From NCBI RefSeq assembly GCF_003324675.1, contig NZ_CP030918.1:1230001-1262000 (forward strand): a stretch of DNA of 32,000 nt, in the 5' to 3' direction. Positions 10,022 through 19,555 of the stretch are shown piece by piece; the stretch's first letter is position 1, and every line of letters starts with the position of its first letter. This stretch comes from Paracoccus suum. GTDB taxonomy: Bacteria; Pseudomonadota; Alphaproteobacteria; Rhodobacterales; Rhodobacteraceae. The notes beneath the pieces were generated by a model. It did no database searches. It was not told where the DNA came from and saw only the letters and a program-made list of their open reading frames with translations. The position numbers and the translations under genes are program-made.

Positions 10022-10375
10022 ATGACCGGTTGGCTGACAACTCATGTTCTGGACACCGCCCGTGGCAGCCCCGCCGCCGGGATGGAGATCACTCTGTTCC
10101 GTCTGGACGGCGATCGCCGCTCCGAAATCGCGCGGATGCGCACCAATGCCGATGGCCGGACGGATGGCCCGATCCTGCCGCAGGACGCCTTTGCGCCCGG
10201 CGTCTACGAGCTGGTGTTCGCCGTCGGCGCGTGGCTCGATTCGCTGGATATTCCTGCGCCCTCGCCCCGGTTCCTCGATGAGGTGCCGATCCGCTTTGGC
10301 ATGGCCGAGGCTAGCCATTATCATGTGCCGTTGTTGGTCTCGCCCTACGGCTATTCGACCTACAGGGGTAGCTGA
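10022..10375 (+). CDS. uraH: 5-hydroxyisourate hydrolase (transthyretin-like)
   Basis: MTGWLTTHVLDTARGSPAAGM... together with the C-terminal YHVPLLVSPYGYSTYRGS tetrapeptide signature of HIU hydrolases. ATG 10022 was chosen as the start. The stop overlaps the puuD start (TGATG). Confidence 0.9.
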   Translation: MTGWLTTHVLDTARGSPAAGMEITLFRLDGDRRSEIARMRTNADGRTDGPILPQDAFAPGVYELVFAVGAWLDSLDIPAPSPRFLDEVPIRFGMAEASHYHVPLLVSPYGYSTYRGS

Positions 10376-11613
10376 TGGATCCGATCATCCTGATGGACTG
10401 GGCCGGTTTTGCGATCCGCTGGCTTCATGTCGTCACCGCCATCGCCTGGATCGGCTCGAGCTTTTATTTCATAGCGCTCGACCTCGGGCTGCAAAGGGCC
10501 CCGGGCCTGCCGGCCGCCGCGCATGGCGAGGAATGGCAGGTCCATGGCGGCGGTTTTTACCACATTACCAAATACATGGTCGCGCCCGAGCGCCTGCCCG
10601 AACACCTGACATGGTTCAAATGGGAAAGCTACGCCACCTGGCTTTCAGGGGTCGCCATGCTGGCGATCCTCTACTGGGCGCAGTCCGAGTTGTTCCTGAT
10701 CGATCCTGAAAAGCTGGCGCTGCTGCCGTGGCAGGCGATCGCCATCTCGGCCCTGTCGCTGACGATTGGCTGGCTGGTCTATGACGCCCTGTGCAAAAGC
10801 CCGCTGGGCGAGCAGCCGACGGTCCTGATGGTACTGCTTTTCCTGCTGCTGGTGGTCATGGCCTGGGGCTACAACCAGGTGTTCACCGGCCGCGCAGCGC
10901 TGCTGCATCTGGGGGCGTTCACGGCGACGATCATGACCGCCAACGTGTTCCTGATCATCATACCCAACCAGCAGATCGTGGTGGCCGATCTCAAGGCGGG
11001 GCGCGCGCCGGATCCGAAATACGGCAAGATCGCCAAGCTGCGGAGCACACACAACAACTACCTGACGCTGCCGGTCGTCTTTCTGATGCTGTCCAACCAC
11101 TACCCCTTGGCCTTCGCCAGCCGCTACAACTGGCTGATCGCCGCGCTGGTGTTTCTGATGGGCGTGACGATCCGCCATTTCTTCAACACCAAGCATGCGC
11201 GCAAATCCTGGCCGTGGTGGACCTGGGGGGTGACGGCAATCTTGTTTGCTGCCTGCGTCTGGCTGTCGGCTCTCGGCACCCAGCGCCTGCCGGACGACGA
11301 AACCGCCCTGACGGCGACCCAGGCGCGCTTTGCCGCCGCGCCCGGCTTTGACGCGGTGCGCGATGCGGTCATGGGCCGCTGCACCATGTGCCACGCGGCC
11401 GAGCCGTCGTGGGAGGGGATCGTCACCGCGCCGCGCCATCTGGCGCTTGACAGCGACGCCGCCATCGCCCGCGCCGCCCGCGACATCTACGTCCAGGCGG
11501 GCCTGACCGATGCCATGCCGCCGGCCAATGTCAGCTACATGGAGCCCGAGGAGCGGGCGGCGATCCGCGAATGGTTCCGGGCGGCGAACGGGGCGCAGGT
11601 GGCGTCGAACTGA
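10375..11613 (+). CDS. puuD: Membrane-bound urate hydroxylase PuuD (integral membrane domain plus C-terminal cytochrome c)
   Basis: Multi-transmembrane N-terminal domain (RWLHVVTAIAWIGSSFYFIALD) and a C-terminal haem-c motif CTMCH. It is coupled to uraH inside a purine-catabolism cluster. Confidence 0.85.
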   Translation: MDPIILMDWAGFAIRWLHVVTAIAWIGSSFYFIALDLGLQRAPGLPAAAHGEEWQVHGGGFYHITKYMVAPERLPEHLTWFKWESYATWLSGVAMLAILYWAQSELFLIDPEKLALLPWQAIAISALSLTIGWLVYDALCKSPLGEQPTVLMVLLFLLLVVMAWGYNQVFTGRAALLHLGAFTATIMTANVFLIIIPNQQIVVADLKAGRAPDPKYGKIAKLRSTHNNYLTLPVVFLMLSNHYPLAFASRYNWLIAALVFLMGVTIRHFFNTKHARKSWPWWTWGVTAILFAACVWLSALGTQRLPDDETALTATQARFAAAPGFDAVRDAVMGRCTMCHAAEPSWEGIVTAPRHLALDSDAAIARAARDIYVQAGLTDAMPPANVSYMEPEERAAIREWFRAANGAQVASN

Positions 11614-11632
11614 CGCCGTTTGTCCCGGCGGA

Positions 11633-12526
11633 TCAGAAGCGGGCCTTCAACTCGCGCGCGGCAAAATCGGTGAACAGCCGTACCTTGGGGTCCTGCAACT
11701 GGCGATGCGGGGTCAGCACGCCGAACTGGGCAGCCAAGGGCGGGGTTTCCGGCAGCACCTCGACCAGCCGGCCGGCCTGAATATGCTCCTCGACCTCGTA
11801 GCGCGGCCGGTTGGCGATGCCCGCCCCCTCCAGCGCCCAGCCGATCAGCACATCGCCGTCGTCGGCATCGAACCTGCCCGCGACCATCATCTTGCGCCGG
11901 CCCTCGGGCGTCTGCAGCACCCAGTAATATTCGGGCGAGCGCGGGAAACGCAAAAGCAGGCAGTTATGCGCCTTCAGATCGTCCGGCACTTGAGGTGTGC
12001 CGCGCGCCGCTAGGTATTCGGGCGCCGCCACCAGAACCCGTGGGCAGTCAGTGATCTTGCGCCAGATCAGGGCGGAATCCTCGGGCTGGCCGAGGAAAAA
12101 GGCCACGTCGATGCCGTCCTCGACGATGTTGACGCTGCGGTCGGACAGGCGCAGCCGGACCTCGACCTCGGGGTTCTCGGCCACAAAGCGCGGCACTAGG
12201 GGTGCGACTAGCCGCCGGCCAAGGCCCAGCGGCGCCACCACGCGGATGACCCCCTGCGGCGTGCCGGAATAGCTGGCGATCACCGCCTCCGCCTCCTCCA
12301 GCGCGGCTATCACCTTGCGCGCGTTGTCATAGAGGACCTGCCCGATCTCGGTCGTGGTCAGCTTGCGCGTGGTACGGTTCAGCAACCGCACGCCAAAGCG
12401 CGACTCGAGATCCTTGATGCGGTTCGACGCGCCCGCGGGTGACAGCCGCAGATCACGCCCCCCGGCGGTGATCGATCCCAGTTCGACCACCCGCACGAAC
12501 ACCCGGAGGCTGTCGAGATAGGACAT
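11633..12526 (-). CDS. LysR-family transcriptional regulator, divergent from xdhA
   Basis: N-terminal helix-turn-helix MSYLDSLRVFVRVVELGSITAGGRDLRLSPAGASNRIKDLE. I chose ATG 12526 because the ORF-track extension to 12958 would overlap xdhA and shows no homology. Confidence 0.9.
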   Translation of the reverse strand: MSYLDSLRVFVRVVELGSITAGGRDLRLSPAGASNRIKDLESRFGVRLLNRTTRKLTTTEIGQVLYDNARKVIAALEEAEAVIASYSGTPQGVIRVVAPLGLGRRLVAPLVPRFVAENPEVEVRLRLSDRSVNIVEDGIDVAFFLGQPEDSALIWRKITDCPRVLVAAPEYLAARGTPQVPDDLKAHNCLLLRFPRSPEYYWVLQTPEGRRKMMVAGRFDADDGDVLIGWALEGAGIANRPRYEVEEHIQAGRLVEVLPETPPLAAQFGVLTPHRQLQDPKVRLFTDFAARELKARF

Positions 12527-12640
12527 CGGCACCGGCTTTCTTGAAATCGTGTAAACTGTTCCCCCTTCCACGGCGTTTATGCAACAGTCAAGGTAAGGCA
12601 ATGCTGGGCCGGCCCACAGCGGGGTCAGGGGGACCATGGC

Positions 12641-14092
12641 ATGACCGACGCGATCCGCTTTTTGCTGAATGACAGCGAGGTCAGGCTGACCAGCGCGGGG
12701 GCCGGCGACACGCTGCTGGATTTCATTCGCCTCGGCCGCGATCTGACCGGCACCAAGGAGGGTTGCGCCGAGGGGGATTGCGGTGCCTGCACCGTCCTGG
12801 TCGGCCGCCTGCACGAGGGCGCGCTGGTCTACGAGCCGATCAACGCCTGCATCCGCTTTCTGGCCGCCTGCCACGGCTGCCATGTGGTTACGGTCGAGCA
12901 TCTGCGCGGCAAGGACGGCGCGCTGCATCCGGTCCAGCAGGCGATGGTCGCGCACCATGCCAGCCAGTGCGGCTTTTGCACGCCAGGCTTTGTCATGGCG
13001 CTTTACGGGCTGTGGATGACCAACCCAGACCCCACGGTGGTCGAGATCGAGACCGCACTTCAGGGCAACCTGTGCCGCTGCACCGGATACGAGCCCATCG
13101 TCCGCGCCGCCCTCGCCGCTGCAAGGGCGGGCGGTCAGGCAATAGACGCGCTGGCGGACGAGCGCGCGGCGGTCACCGCCAAGCTGCAGGCGCTGGTGGG
13201 GGTGCGGGCCGATGTCTCACGCGGCGAGGATCGCGCCATCGTCCCGGCCGACGTCGATGAATTCGCCGCAGCCCTGCGGGACAATCCCGCCGCCACCATC
13301 GTCGCAGGAGCGACCGATGTGGGGCTGTGGGTCACCAAGCAGCTGCGGCCCATCTCTCCGGGTATCTTCATCGGCCATTTGCTCAAGGATATCGCCGTGA
13401 CGGGCGACGCGATCACCATCGGCGCCGGCGTCACCTATTCCGAATTCGCCCCGGTGATGGAGGAGTATCTGCCGGATGGCCTCGACTATCTGCTGCGCGT
13501 CGGGGGCTGGCAGGTACGCAATGCCGGTACCATCGGCGGCAATATCGCCAACGGCTCGCCCATTGGCGAGACGCCGCCCTTCCTGATCGCGCTCGGCGCG
13601 CGCATCACCTTGCGGCGCGGCGACGAGCGGCGGCAGATCGCGCTGGAAGATTACTTCATCGAGTACGGCAAGCAGGACCGGGCGCCGGGCGAGTTCCTTG
13701 AAACCATTGCCATCCCGCGCCCGAATGGCGCGCGGATCGCGGCCTACAAGGTGTCCAAGCGGGCCAATGCCGACATTTCGGCCGTCGCCGCCGGTTTCTT
13801 CATCCGCACGGAAGGTGGCGTCATCCGCGAGGCGCGCGTCGCCTTTGGCGGGATGGCCGGCACGCCGCGCCGGGCCGCGCATGCCGAGGCGGCCCTGACC
13901 GGGCAGCCCTTTGCCGCTGAAACCTTCGAGGCGGCCGCCAATGCCGTCGCCAGCGATTTCACCCCGCTGAGCGATTGGCGCGCGAGTGCCGCCTATCGCC
14001 AGTCTGTCGCCGCGAACTTCTTCCGCCGCTTCTGGCTGGAAAATTCGGACCAGACCATGCCCGTGCGCCTGAACCGCGCCGTGGGAGAGTGA
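12641..14092 (+). CDS. xdhA: Xanthine dehydrogenase small subunit XdhA (two [2Fe-2S] clusters plus FAD-binding domain)
   Basis: Cysteine motifs CAEGDCGACTV, CGFCTPG and CRCTGY, followed by a FAD-binding/CO-dehydrogenase flavoprotein-like domain. Confidence 0.93.
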   Translation: MTDAIRFLLNDSEVRLTSAGAGDTLLDFIRLGRDLTGTKEGCAEGDCGACTVLVGRLHEGALVYEPINACIRFLAACHGCHVVTVEHLRGKDGALHPVQQAMVAHHASQCGFCTPGFVMALYGLWMTNPDPTVVEIETALQGNLCRCTGYEPIVRAALAAARAGGQAIDALADERAAVTAKLQALVGVRADVSRGEDRAIVPADVDEFAAALRDNPAATIVAGATDVGLWVTKQLRPISPGIFIGHLLKDIAVTGDAITIGAGVTYSEFAPVMEEYLPDGLDYLLRVGGWQVRNAGTIGGNIANGSPIGETPPFLIALGARITLRRGDERRQIALEDYFIEYGKQDRAPGEFLETIAIPRPNGARIAAYKVSKRANADISAVAAGFFIRTEGGVIREARVAFGGMAGTPRRAAHAEAALTGQPFAAETFEAAANAVASDFTPLSDWRASAAYRQSVAANFFRRFWLENSDQTMPVRLNRAVGE

Positions 14093-14093
14093 G

Positions 14094-16409
14094 ATGAAGC
14101 AGGACGCCATCACCGCGGGGCAGGCGCTGCCCCAGAACGCCTCGGTCGTGCACGAATCCGCCCATCTGCACGTCACCGGGCGGGCCGATTATACCGACGA
14201 TCTGCCGACCCCGGCCGGCACGCTGCATACCGCGCTGGGCCTGTCGCAGGTCGCGCACGGGCGCATCGCGGCGATGAACCTTGATGCGGTGCGCGCAGCG
14301 CCCGGGGTCATCGACGTTCTGACCGCAACCGACATTCCGGGTCAGAACGACGTCAGCCCGGTTGGCAAGCATGATGACCCGATCCTCGCCGACGGCGAGG
14401 TGCAGTTCCACGGCCAGCCGATCTTTGCCGTCATCGCCGAAAGCCGCGACCAGGCCCGCCGCGCCGCCGCGCTCGCCAAGGTCGAATACGAGGCGCTGCC
14501 TCATGCGCTCGACCCCATCGCCGCGCGCGACGCGGGCGTTGGCTATGTAACCGAACCCCTGACGCTGCGCCGGGGCGATCCGGCCCCGGCCCTCGCCGCC
14601 GCGCCGCGCCGGGTTGCCGGCCGTTTTACCGTCGGCGGGCAGGACCACTTTTACCTCGAGGGCCAGATCGCGCTGGCCCTGCCGGGCGAGGATGACGAGG
14701 TCACGATCCTCGTCTCGACCCAGCACCCGTCCGAGGTCCAGCACATGGTCGCACATGCGCTGGGCGTTCCAGCCAATGCGGTTGTCGTCAATGTCCGCCG
14801 CATGGGCGGAGGCTTTGGCGGCAAGGAAACGCAGATGAACCTGTTCGCCTGCGTCGCCGCCGTCGCCGCGAAGAAGTGGCGCCGCCCCGTCAAGCTGCGC
14901 CCGGACCGCGACGAGGACATGATCGCGACCGGCAAGCGGCACGACTTCGTGGTCGATTACGAGGCGGGTTTCGACGATCAGGGCCGCATCCTCGCGGTCA
15001 GCGGCGACTGGTATGCGCGCTGCGGCTTTTCCGCCGACCTCAGCGGCCCGGTCACCGACCGCGCGCTGTTTCACGCCGACAACGCCTATTATTACCCCGA
15101 TGTCGAATTGCGCTCGCACCCGCAAAAGACCAACACCGTCTCCAACACCGCTTTTCGCGGGTTCGGCGGTCCGCAAGGCGTGATCGTGGCCGAGCGCATC
15201 ATCGAGGAAATCGCCTATGCGACCGGGCAGGACACCCTCGCCGTGCGCCGCGCCAACCTCTACCGCGATGGCCAGTTGACCCCTTATCACCAGGCGGTCG
15301 AGGACCAGATCCTGCCCCGCATCTTCGACGAGCTGGAGGCGAGTTGCGACTATGCCGCGCGGCGAAAGGCGGTGCTGGACTGGAACGCCAAGGGCGGTGT
15401 CATCCGCCGGGGCATTGCACTGACCCCGGTCAAGTTCGGCATCAGCTTTACCGCGACGCATTACAACCAGGCCGGCGCGCTGGTGCATATCTACACGGAC
15501 GGCTCGATCCTGCTCAATCACGGCGGGACCGAGATGGGGCAGGGTCTACACACCAAGGTCGCGCAGGTCGTCGCCGATGCCTTTCAGGTCGATCTGGCGA
15601 CGATCAAGGTGACCCGGACCGCGACCGACAAGGTTGCCAATACCTCGGCCACCGCGGCATCGTCCGGAACCGACCTGAACGGCATGGCCGCGCTGGACGC
15701 CTGCAACCAGATCAAGGCGCGGCTGATCGCGTTTCTCTGCGAGGCAAAGGACGTGACGCCCGAGGAGATCACCTTCGCATCAGGCCATATCATCGTGCGC
15801 GGCGAGGCGATCCCCTTTGCCAAGGTGATCGAGATTGCTTACCTCGCCCGCGTCCAGTTGTGGTCCGACGGGTTCTACGCCACCCCCAAGATCCATTGGA
15901 ATCGCGCGACCGGGCAGGGGCGCCCGTTCTACTATTTCGCCTACGGGGCCGCCTGTTCCGAGGTGTCGGTCGACACGCTGACCGGGGAATACACCATCGA
16001 GCGGGCCGACATCCTGCATGACGTCGGCCATTCGCTGAACCCGGCGATCGACAAGGGCCAGGTCGAGGGCGCGTTTGTGCAGGGTACCGGCTGGCTGACG
16101 TCTGAAGAACTGTGGTGGGACAAGGAGGGGCGGCTGCGCACGCACGCGCCCTCGACCTACAAGATCCCGCTCGCCTCGGACCGGCCCAAAGTTTTCAACA
16201 CGCGCCTCGCCGATTGGTCGGTCAATGCCGAGCGGACGATCAAGCGCAGCAAGGCCGTGGGCGAGCCGCCGTTCATGCTGGCGATCTCGGTGTTCGAGGC
16301 CATCGGCCAGGCGGTCGCCTCGGTCGCGGATTACCGCGAGTGCCCGCGGCTGGACGCCCCGGCGACGCCCGAGCGGGTGCTGACGGCGATCGAGCGGCTG
16401 CGCGGATGA
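14094..16409 (+). CDS. xdhB: Xanthine dehydrogenase molybdopterin-binding subunit XdhB
   Basis: This 771-aa aldehyde-oxidase/xanthine-dehydrogenase Mo-cofactor domain protein has RRMGGGFGGKE, FRGFGGPQG and GEPP motifs. It starts 2 nt after xdhA. Confidence 0.95.
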   Translation: MKQDAITAGQALPQNASVVHESAHLHVTGRADYTDDLPTPAGTLHTALGLSQVAHGRIAAMNLDAVRAAPGVIDVLTATDIPGQNDVSPVGKHDDPILADGEVQFHGQPIFAVIAESRDQARRAAALAKVEYEALPHALDPIAARDAGVGYVTEPLTLRRGDPAPALAAAPRRVAGRFTVGGQDHFYLEGQIALALPGEDDEVTILVSTQHPSEVQHMVAHALGVPANAVVVNVRRMGGGFGGKETQMNLFACVAAVAAKKWRRPVKLRPDRDEDMIATGKRHDFVVDYEAGFDDQGRILAVSGDWYARCGFSADLSGPVTDRALFHADNAYYYPDVELRSHPQKTNTVSNTAFRGFGGPQGVIVAERIIEEIAYATGQDTLAVRRANLYRDGQLTPYHQAVEDQILPRIFDELEASCDYAARRKAVLDWNAKGGVIRRGIALTPVKFGISFTATHYNQAGALVHIYTDGSILLNHGGTEMGQGLHTKVAQVVADAFQVDLATIKVTRTATDKVANTSATAASSGTDLNGMAALDACNQIKARLIAFLCEAKDVTPEEITFASGHIIVRGEAIPFAKVIEIAYLARVQLWSDGFYATPKIHWNRATGQGRPFYYFAYGAACSEVSVDTLTGEYTIERADILHDVGHSLNPAIDKGQVEGAFVQGTGWLTSEELWWDKEGRLRTHAPSTYKIPLASDRPKVFNTRLADWSVNAERTIKRSKAVGEPPFMLAISVFEAIGQAVASVADYRECPRLDAPATPERVLTAIERLRG

Positions 16410-17149
16410 TCCGCGTCCGCGTCACCAGCGCCCGAGGCTCGACCCCGCGCGAGGCCGGGGCCGAAATGCTGGTCGGGGCGGATTCGGTCAGCGGGACCAT
16501 CGGCGGCGGCCAGTTGGAATATCTCGCCATCGACCGCGCCCGGCAGATGCTGGCGCGCGGCGAGGAGAGCGACACGCTGGATGTTCCGCTTGGACCGGAA
16601 ATTGGGCAATGCTGCGGCGGCCGGGTGCTGCTGACGCTCGACCGCAGCCCGGCCGCCCCGCCCCTCGCCGCGCCGCCGGTCCTGATCTTTGGCGCCGGGC
16701 ATGTGGGGCGGGCCCTCGCCGCGGCCCTGCTGCCGCTGCCGGTGGCACCGCGCCTGATTGATGAGCGGACGGCGGAACTGGCTTTTGCGCCGGCGGACGT
16801 ACCGATCACCCTGACCCCGCTGCCCGAGGCCGAACTGCGCGCCGCCCCGCCCGGCACCGCCTTTGTCATCCTGACCCATGACCACGCCCTCGACTTTCTG
16901 CTGGCGGCGGAGGCTTTGGCGCGCGGCGACGCCGCCTATGTCGGCATGATCGGCAGCCGCACCAAGCGTGCTACCTTTGCCCGCTTCGCCGCCGCCCGGG
17001 GGATCGGGGCGGATGCGCTGACCTGTCCCATCGGCGGGGGCGGGCCACCCGACAAACGACCCGAGGTCATCGCCGCCTTTACCGCGACCGAGATCCTCGC
17101 GCGCTTGCATGCCCATGCCTCAATTCGAAAGTCGACATGCAACAGCTGA
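16406..17149 (+). CDS. xdhC: Xanthine dehydrogenase accessory/maturation protein XdhC
   Basis: The ATG overlaps the xdhB stop (ATGA). MIRVRVTSARGSTPREAGAEMLV...GTIGGGQLE and a Rossmann-like GAGHVGRAL match XdhC/CoxI family features. Confidence 0.8.
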   Translation: MIRVRVTSARGSTPREAGAEMLVGADSVSGTIGGGQLEYLAIDRARQMLARGEESDTLDVPLGPEIGQCCGGRVLLTLDRSPAAPPLAAPPVLIFGAGHVGRALAAALLPLPVAPRLIDERTAELAFAPADVPITLTPLPEAELRAAPPGTAFVILTHDHALDFLLAAEALARGDAAYVGMIGSRTKRATFARFAAARGIGADALTCPIGGGGPPDKRPEVIAAFTATEILARLHAHASIRKSTCNS

Positions 17150-18429
17150 TCCGCGGCCGCGTCCTGAGCTTTCACGCCGACCCGGCGGATACCGCCGACA
17201 ACCACCACTACTGGCCCGACGGTGCGATCCTGATCGAGGGCGGGCGGATCACAGCCGTCGGCGATTATGCCGACCTGCGCGCGGCGCACCCGGGCCTCGA
17301 TGCGGCGCTGCAGATCGACCACCGGCCGCACCTGATCCTGCCCGGCTTCATCGACCCGCACATTCATTTCCCCCAAGTCCAGGTGATCGCCAGCTGGGGC
17401 GCGCAACTTCTGGAATGGCTGAACACCTATACTTTCCCGGAGGAAGCGCGCTTTGCCGATCCCGCGCATGCGGCGCGCATGGCGGATGCCTTCCTCGACC
17501 AGTTGACCGCCCATGGCACCACGACCGCCTGCGCCTTTGCCTCGGTGCATCCGCAATCGGTGGAGGCGTTGTTTACCGCGGCCGAGGCGCGGAACATGGC
17601 CATCATCGCAGGCAAGGTAATGATGGACCGCAACGCCCCGGAGAGCGTGCTGGACACCGCGCAGCAGGGATATGACGACAGCGCCGCCCTCATCGCACGC
17701 TGGCACGGCAAGGGGCGGGCGCGCTATGCCATCACGCCGCGCTTTGCGATTACTTCGACGCCGGAGCAGCTGGCCGCAACACAGGCGCTGGTCGCGGCCC
17801 ATCCCGACTGCCATGTCCAGACGCACATGTCGGAGAACCTCGAAGAGATCGCGCTGACGCTGAGCCTCTACCCACTCGCGCGGGACTATCTGGACATCTA
17901 CGAGAGCTACGGCCTTCTCGGCCCGAACCTCCTCCTCGGGCACTGTATCCACCTGGAGCCACGCGAGATCGCGCGCATGGCCGAATCTGGCAGCCGCGCC
18001 ATCTTTTGCCCAACCTCGAACCTGTTCATCGGCTCGGGCCTCTATGATGCGCGGGCGGTGCGCGAGGCGGGGATCGTCGCCGGCGTCGCGACCGATGTCG
18101 GCGGGGGCAGCAGCTATTCGATGCTGACGACGCTGAACGAAGGCTACAAGGTCATGCAGCTGAAGGGGCAGAACCTGCATCCCTTCGCGGCATTTCACTG
18201 GATGACCCGCGGCAATGCGCTCGCCCTGCGGATGGAGGATCGCATCGGGACGCTGGAGCCCGGCACCGATGCTGATCTGGTCGTGCTGGATTCGCGCGCG
18301 ACCCCGGCGATGGCCCTGCGGATGGAGCGCGCGACCACGTTGGCAGAAGAGCTGTTCGTGCTGCAGATCATGGGCGACGATCGAGCTGTCGCGCAGACCT
18401 ATGTAGCCGGGAAGGCGATGAAGGCTTAG
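17137..18429 (+). CDS. guaD: Guanine deaminase
   Basis: Amidohydrolase metal motif PGFIDPHIHFPQ, and WLNTYTFPEE, characteristic of guanine deaminases. It overlaps xdhC by 13 nt. Confidence 0.9.
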   Translation: MQQLIRGRVLSFHADPADTADNHHYWPDGAILIEGGRITAVGDYADLRAAHPGLDAALQIDHRPHLILPGFIDPHIHFPQVQVIASWGAQLLEWLNTYTFPEEARFADPAHAARMADAFLDQLTAHGTTTACAFASVHPQSVEALFTAAEARNMAIIAGKVMMDRNAPESVLDTAQQGYDDSAALIARWHGKGRARYAITPRFAITSTPEQLAATQALVAAHPDCHVQTHMSENLEEIALTLSLYPLARDYLDIYESYGLLGPNLLLGHCIHLEPREIARMAESGSRAIFCPTSNLFIGSGLYDARAVREAGIVAGVATDVGGGSSYSMLTTLNEGYKVMQLKGQNLHPFAAFHWMTRGNALALRMEDRIGTLEPGTDADLVVLDSRATPAMALRMERATTLAEELFVLQIMGDDRAVAQTYVAGKAMKA

Positions 18430-18622
18430 GGTCTCGCACTGGGGTGCCGCTTGGCGTGCGACCATCGGGCGATGAGTTGATCACAGCCAGCCTGTGTCAT
18501 CCGGCGAAGCATTAGCCGCGCGAAGGGGACCGGCCGCGCCAAGGTGAGCGGGGCATATGCCTCTAACTGCAAATCCCTGTCGGCGGACTACCCCCCGCAG
18601 ACGGCGGCGCGGCTGGTCGCTC

Positions 18623-19555
18623 TCAGCGACCTACCGGCCAGAGCGGCGCGTGGCGGTTCACGTCCTTGTAGAGCAGGTAGCGAAATTTGCCCGGGCCGCC
18701 AGCGTAGCAGGCTTGGGGGCAGAACGCGCGCAACCACATGAAATCGCCTGGTCCGACCTCGACCCAGTCGCGGTTCAGGCGGTAGACGGCCTTGCCTTCC
18801 AGCACGAACAGGCCGTGTTCCATGACATGCGTCTCGGCGAACGGGATCGAGCCGCCGGGTTTGAAGGTCACGACCGTGATGTGCATGTCGTGGCGCAGGT
18901 CGGTCGGGTCCATGAATCGGGTGGTCGCCCAGGCGCCCTCGGTGTCGGGCATCTCGGACGGGGCGATGTCACCTTCGTGCACCACGAAAGCCGGGGGCTT
19001 CTCGATCCCCGCGGCAGGCTGCCAGCGTTTGCGCCACCAGTGAAAGCCGGCATTTCCAGGGGTTGCGTTATGCACCGACCATAGGGCGCCTGCGGGAATA
19101 TAGGCGAAATGACCGGGCCGCAGGCGGCTGGTGACGCCATCGACCGACAGGTCCATCTCGCCGCCGGTGACGAAGATCGCAGACTGGACAGTCGGATCGT
19201 CCTCGGCCCGGTCGCAGCCGCCGCCCTCGGCCAACTCGACGATGTACTGGCTGAAGGTTTCGGCGAAGCCGCTCAGCGGGCGCGCCAGCATCCACATCCG
19301 CATGCCGGTCCAGCCGGGCAGAAAGCTGGTGACGATATCGCGCATCACAGTGCGCGGAATGACGGCATAAGCTTGGGTAAAGACCGCGGTATCTGTCGTC
19401 ATCCCTGTCTGCGGCGGCAGTCCCGCGACGGGGCCGGCATAGGTCGGGCCGGAGCGGGGCGGCGCCTTCGGTGCCGTTTCGATCACGTCGCTGACGACGG
19501 GCGCGATATCGCCCTTGGGCGCGGTTGCCGGGCCTTCGGCCGGGGTGCTGGTCAT
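18623..19555 (-). CDS. allE: (S)-ureidoglycine aminohydrolase (bicupin, AllE/YlbA-like) with a Pro/Ala-rich N-terminal extension
   Basis: The C-terminal cupin DMHITVVTFKPGGSIPFAETHVMEHGLFVLEGKAVYRLN...YKDVNR aligns well with my recollection of E. coli YlbA/AllE. ATG 19555 overlaps the upstream stop (ATGA). An alternative internal ATG lies at 19402. Confidence 0.8.
   Translation of the reverse strand: MTSTPAEGPATAPKGDIAPVVSDVIETAPKAPPRSGPTYAGPVAGLPPQTGMTTDTAVFTQAYAVIPRTVMRDIVTSFLPGWTGMRMWMLARPLSGFAETFSQYIVELAEGGGCDRAEDDPTVQSAIFVTGGEMDLSVDGVTSRLRPGHFAYIPAGALWSVHNATPGNAGFHWWRKRWQPAAGIEKPPAFVVHEGDIAPSEMPDTEGAWATTRFMDPTDLRHDMHITVVTFKPGGSIPFAETHVMEHGLFVLEGKAVYRLNRDWVEVGPGDFMWLRAFCPQACYAGGPGKFRYLLYKDVNRHAPLWPVGR

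Noticed and set aside
12554-12589. An imperfect inverted repeat AACTGTT...AACAGTC in the LysR/xdhA intergenic region, considered as a LysR operator.
   Set aside because: Only 6 of 7 positions match, and the 22-nt spacing does not fit the classical T-N11-A LysR box. It is not strong enough to annotate.
12527-12958. An N-terminal extension of the LysR ORF (ORF-track start 12958) that would overlap the xdhA start.
   Set aside because: The LysR helix-turn-helix begins right after the internal ATG at 12526 (MSYLDSLRVF...). The extension has no LysR-like sequence and would cover the divergent promoter region and the 5' end of xdhA.
18567-18576. CTGCAAATCC in the 193-nt guaD/allE convergent spacer resembles a tRNA-Cys anticodon loop, which could be a tRNA remnant or att site.
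   Set aside because: The flanking bases do not form an anticodon stem. There is no T-arm (GGTTCGA-like) or acceptor stem, so I could not build a cloverleaf by eye. A tRNAscan/Infernal run would settle it.
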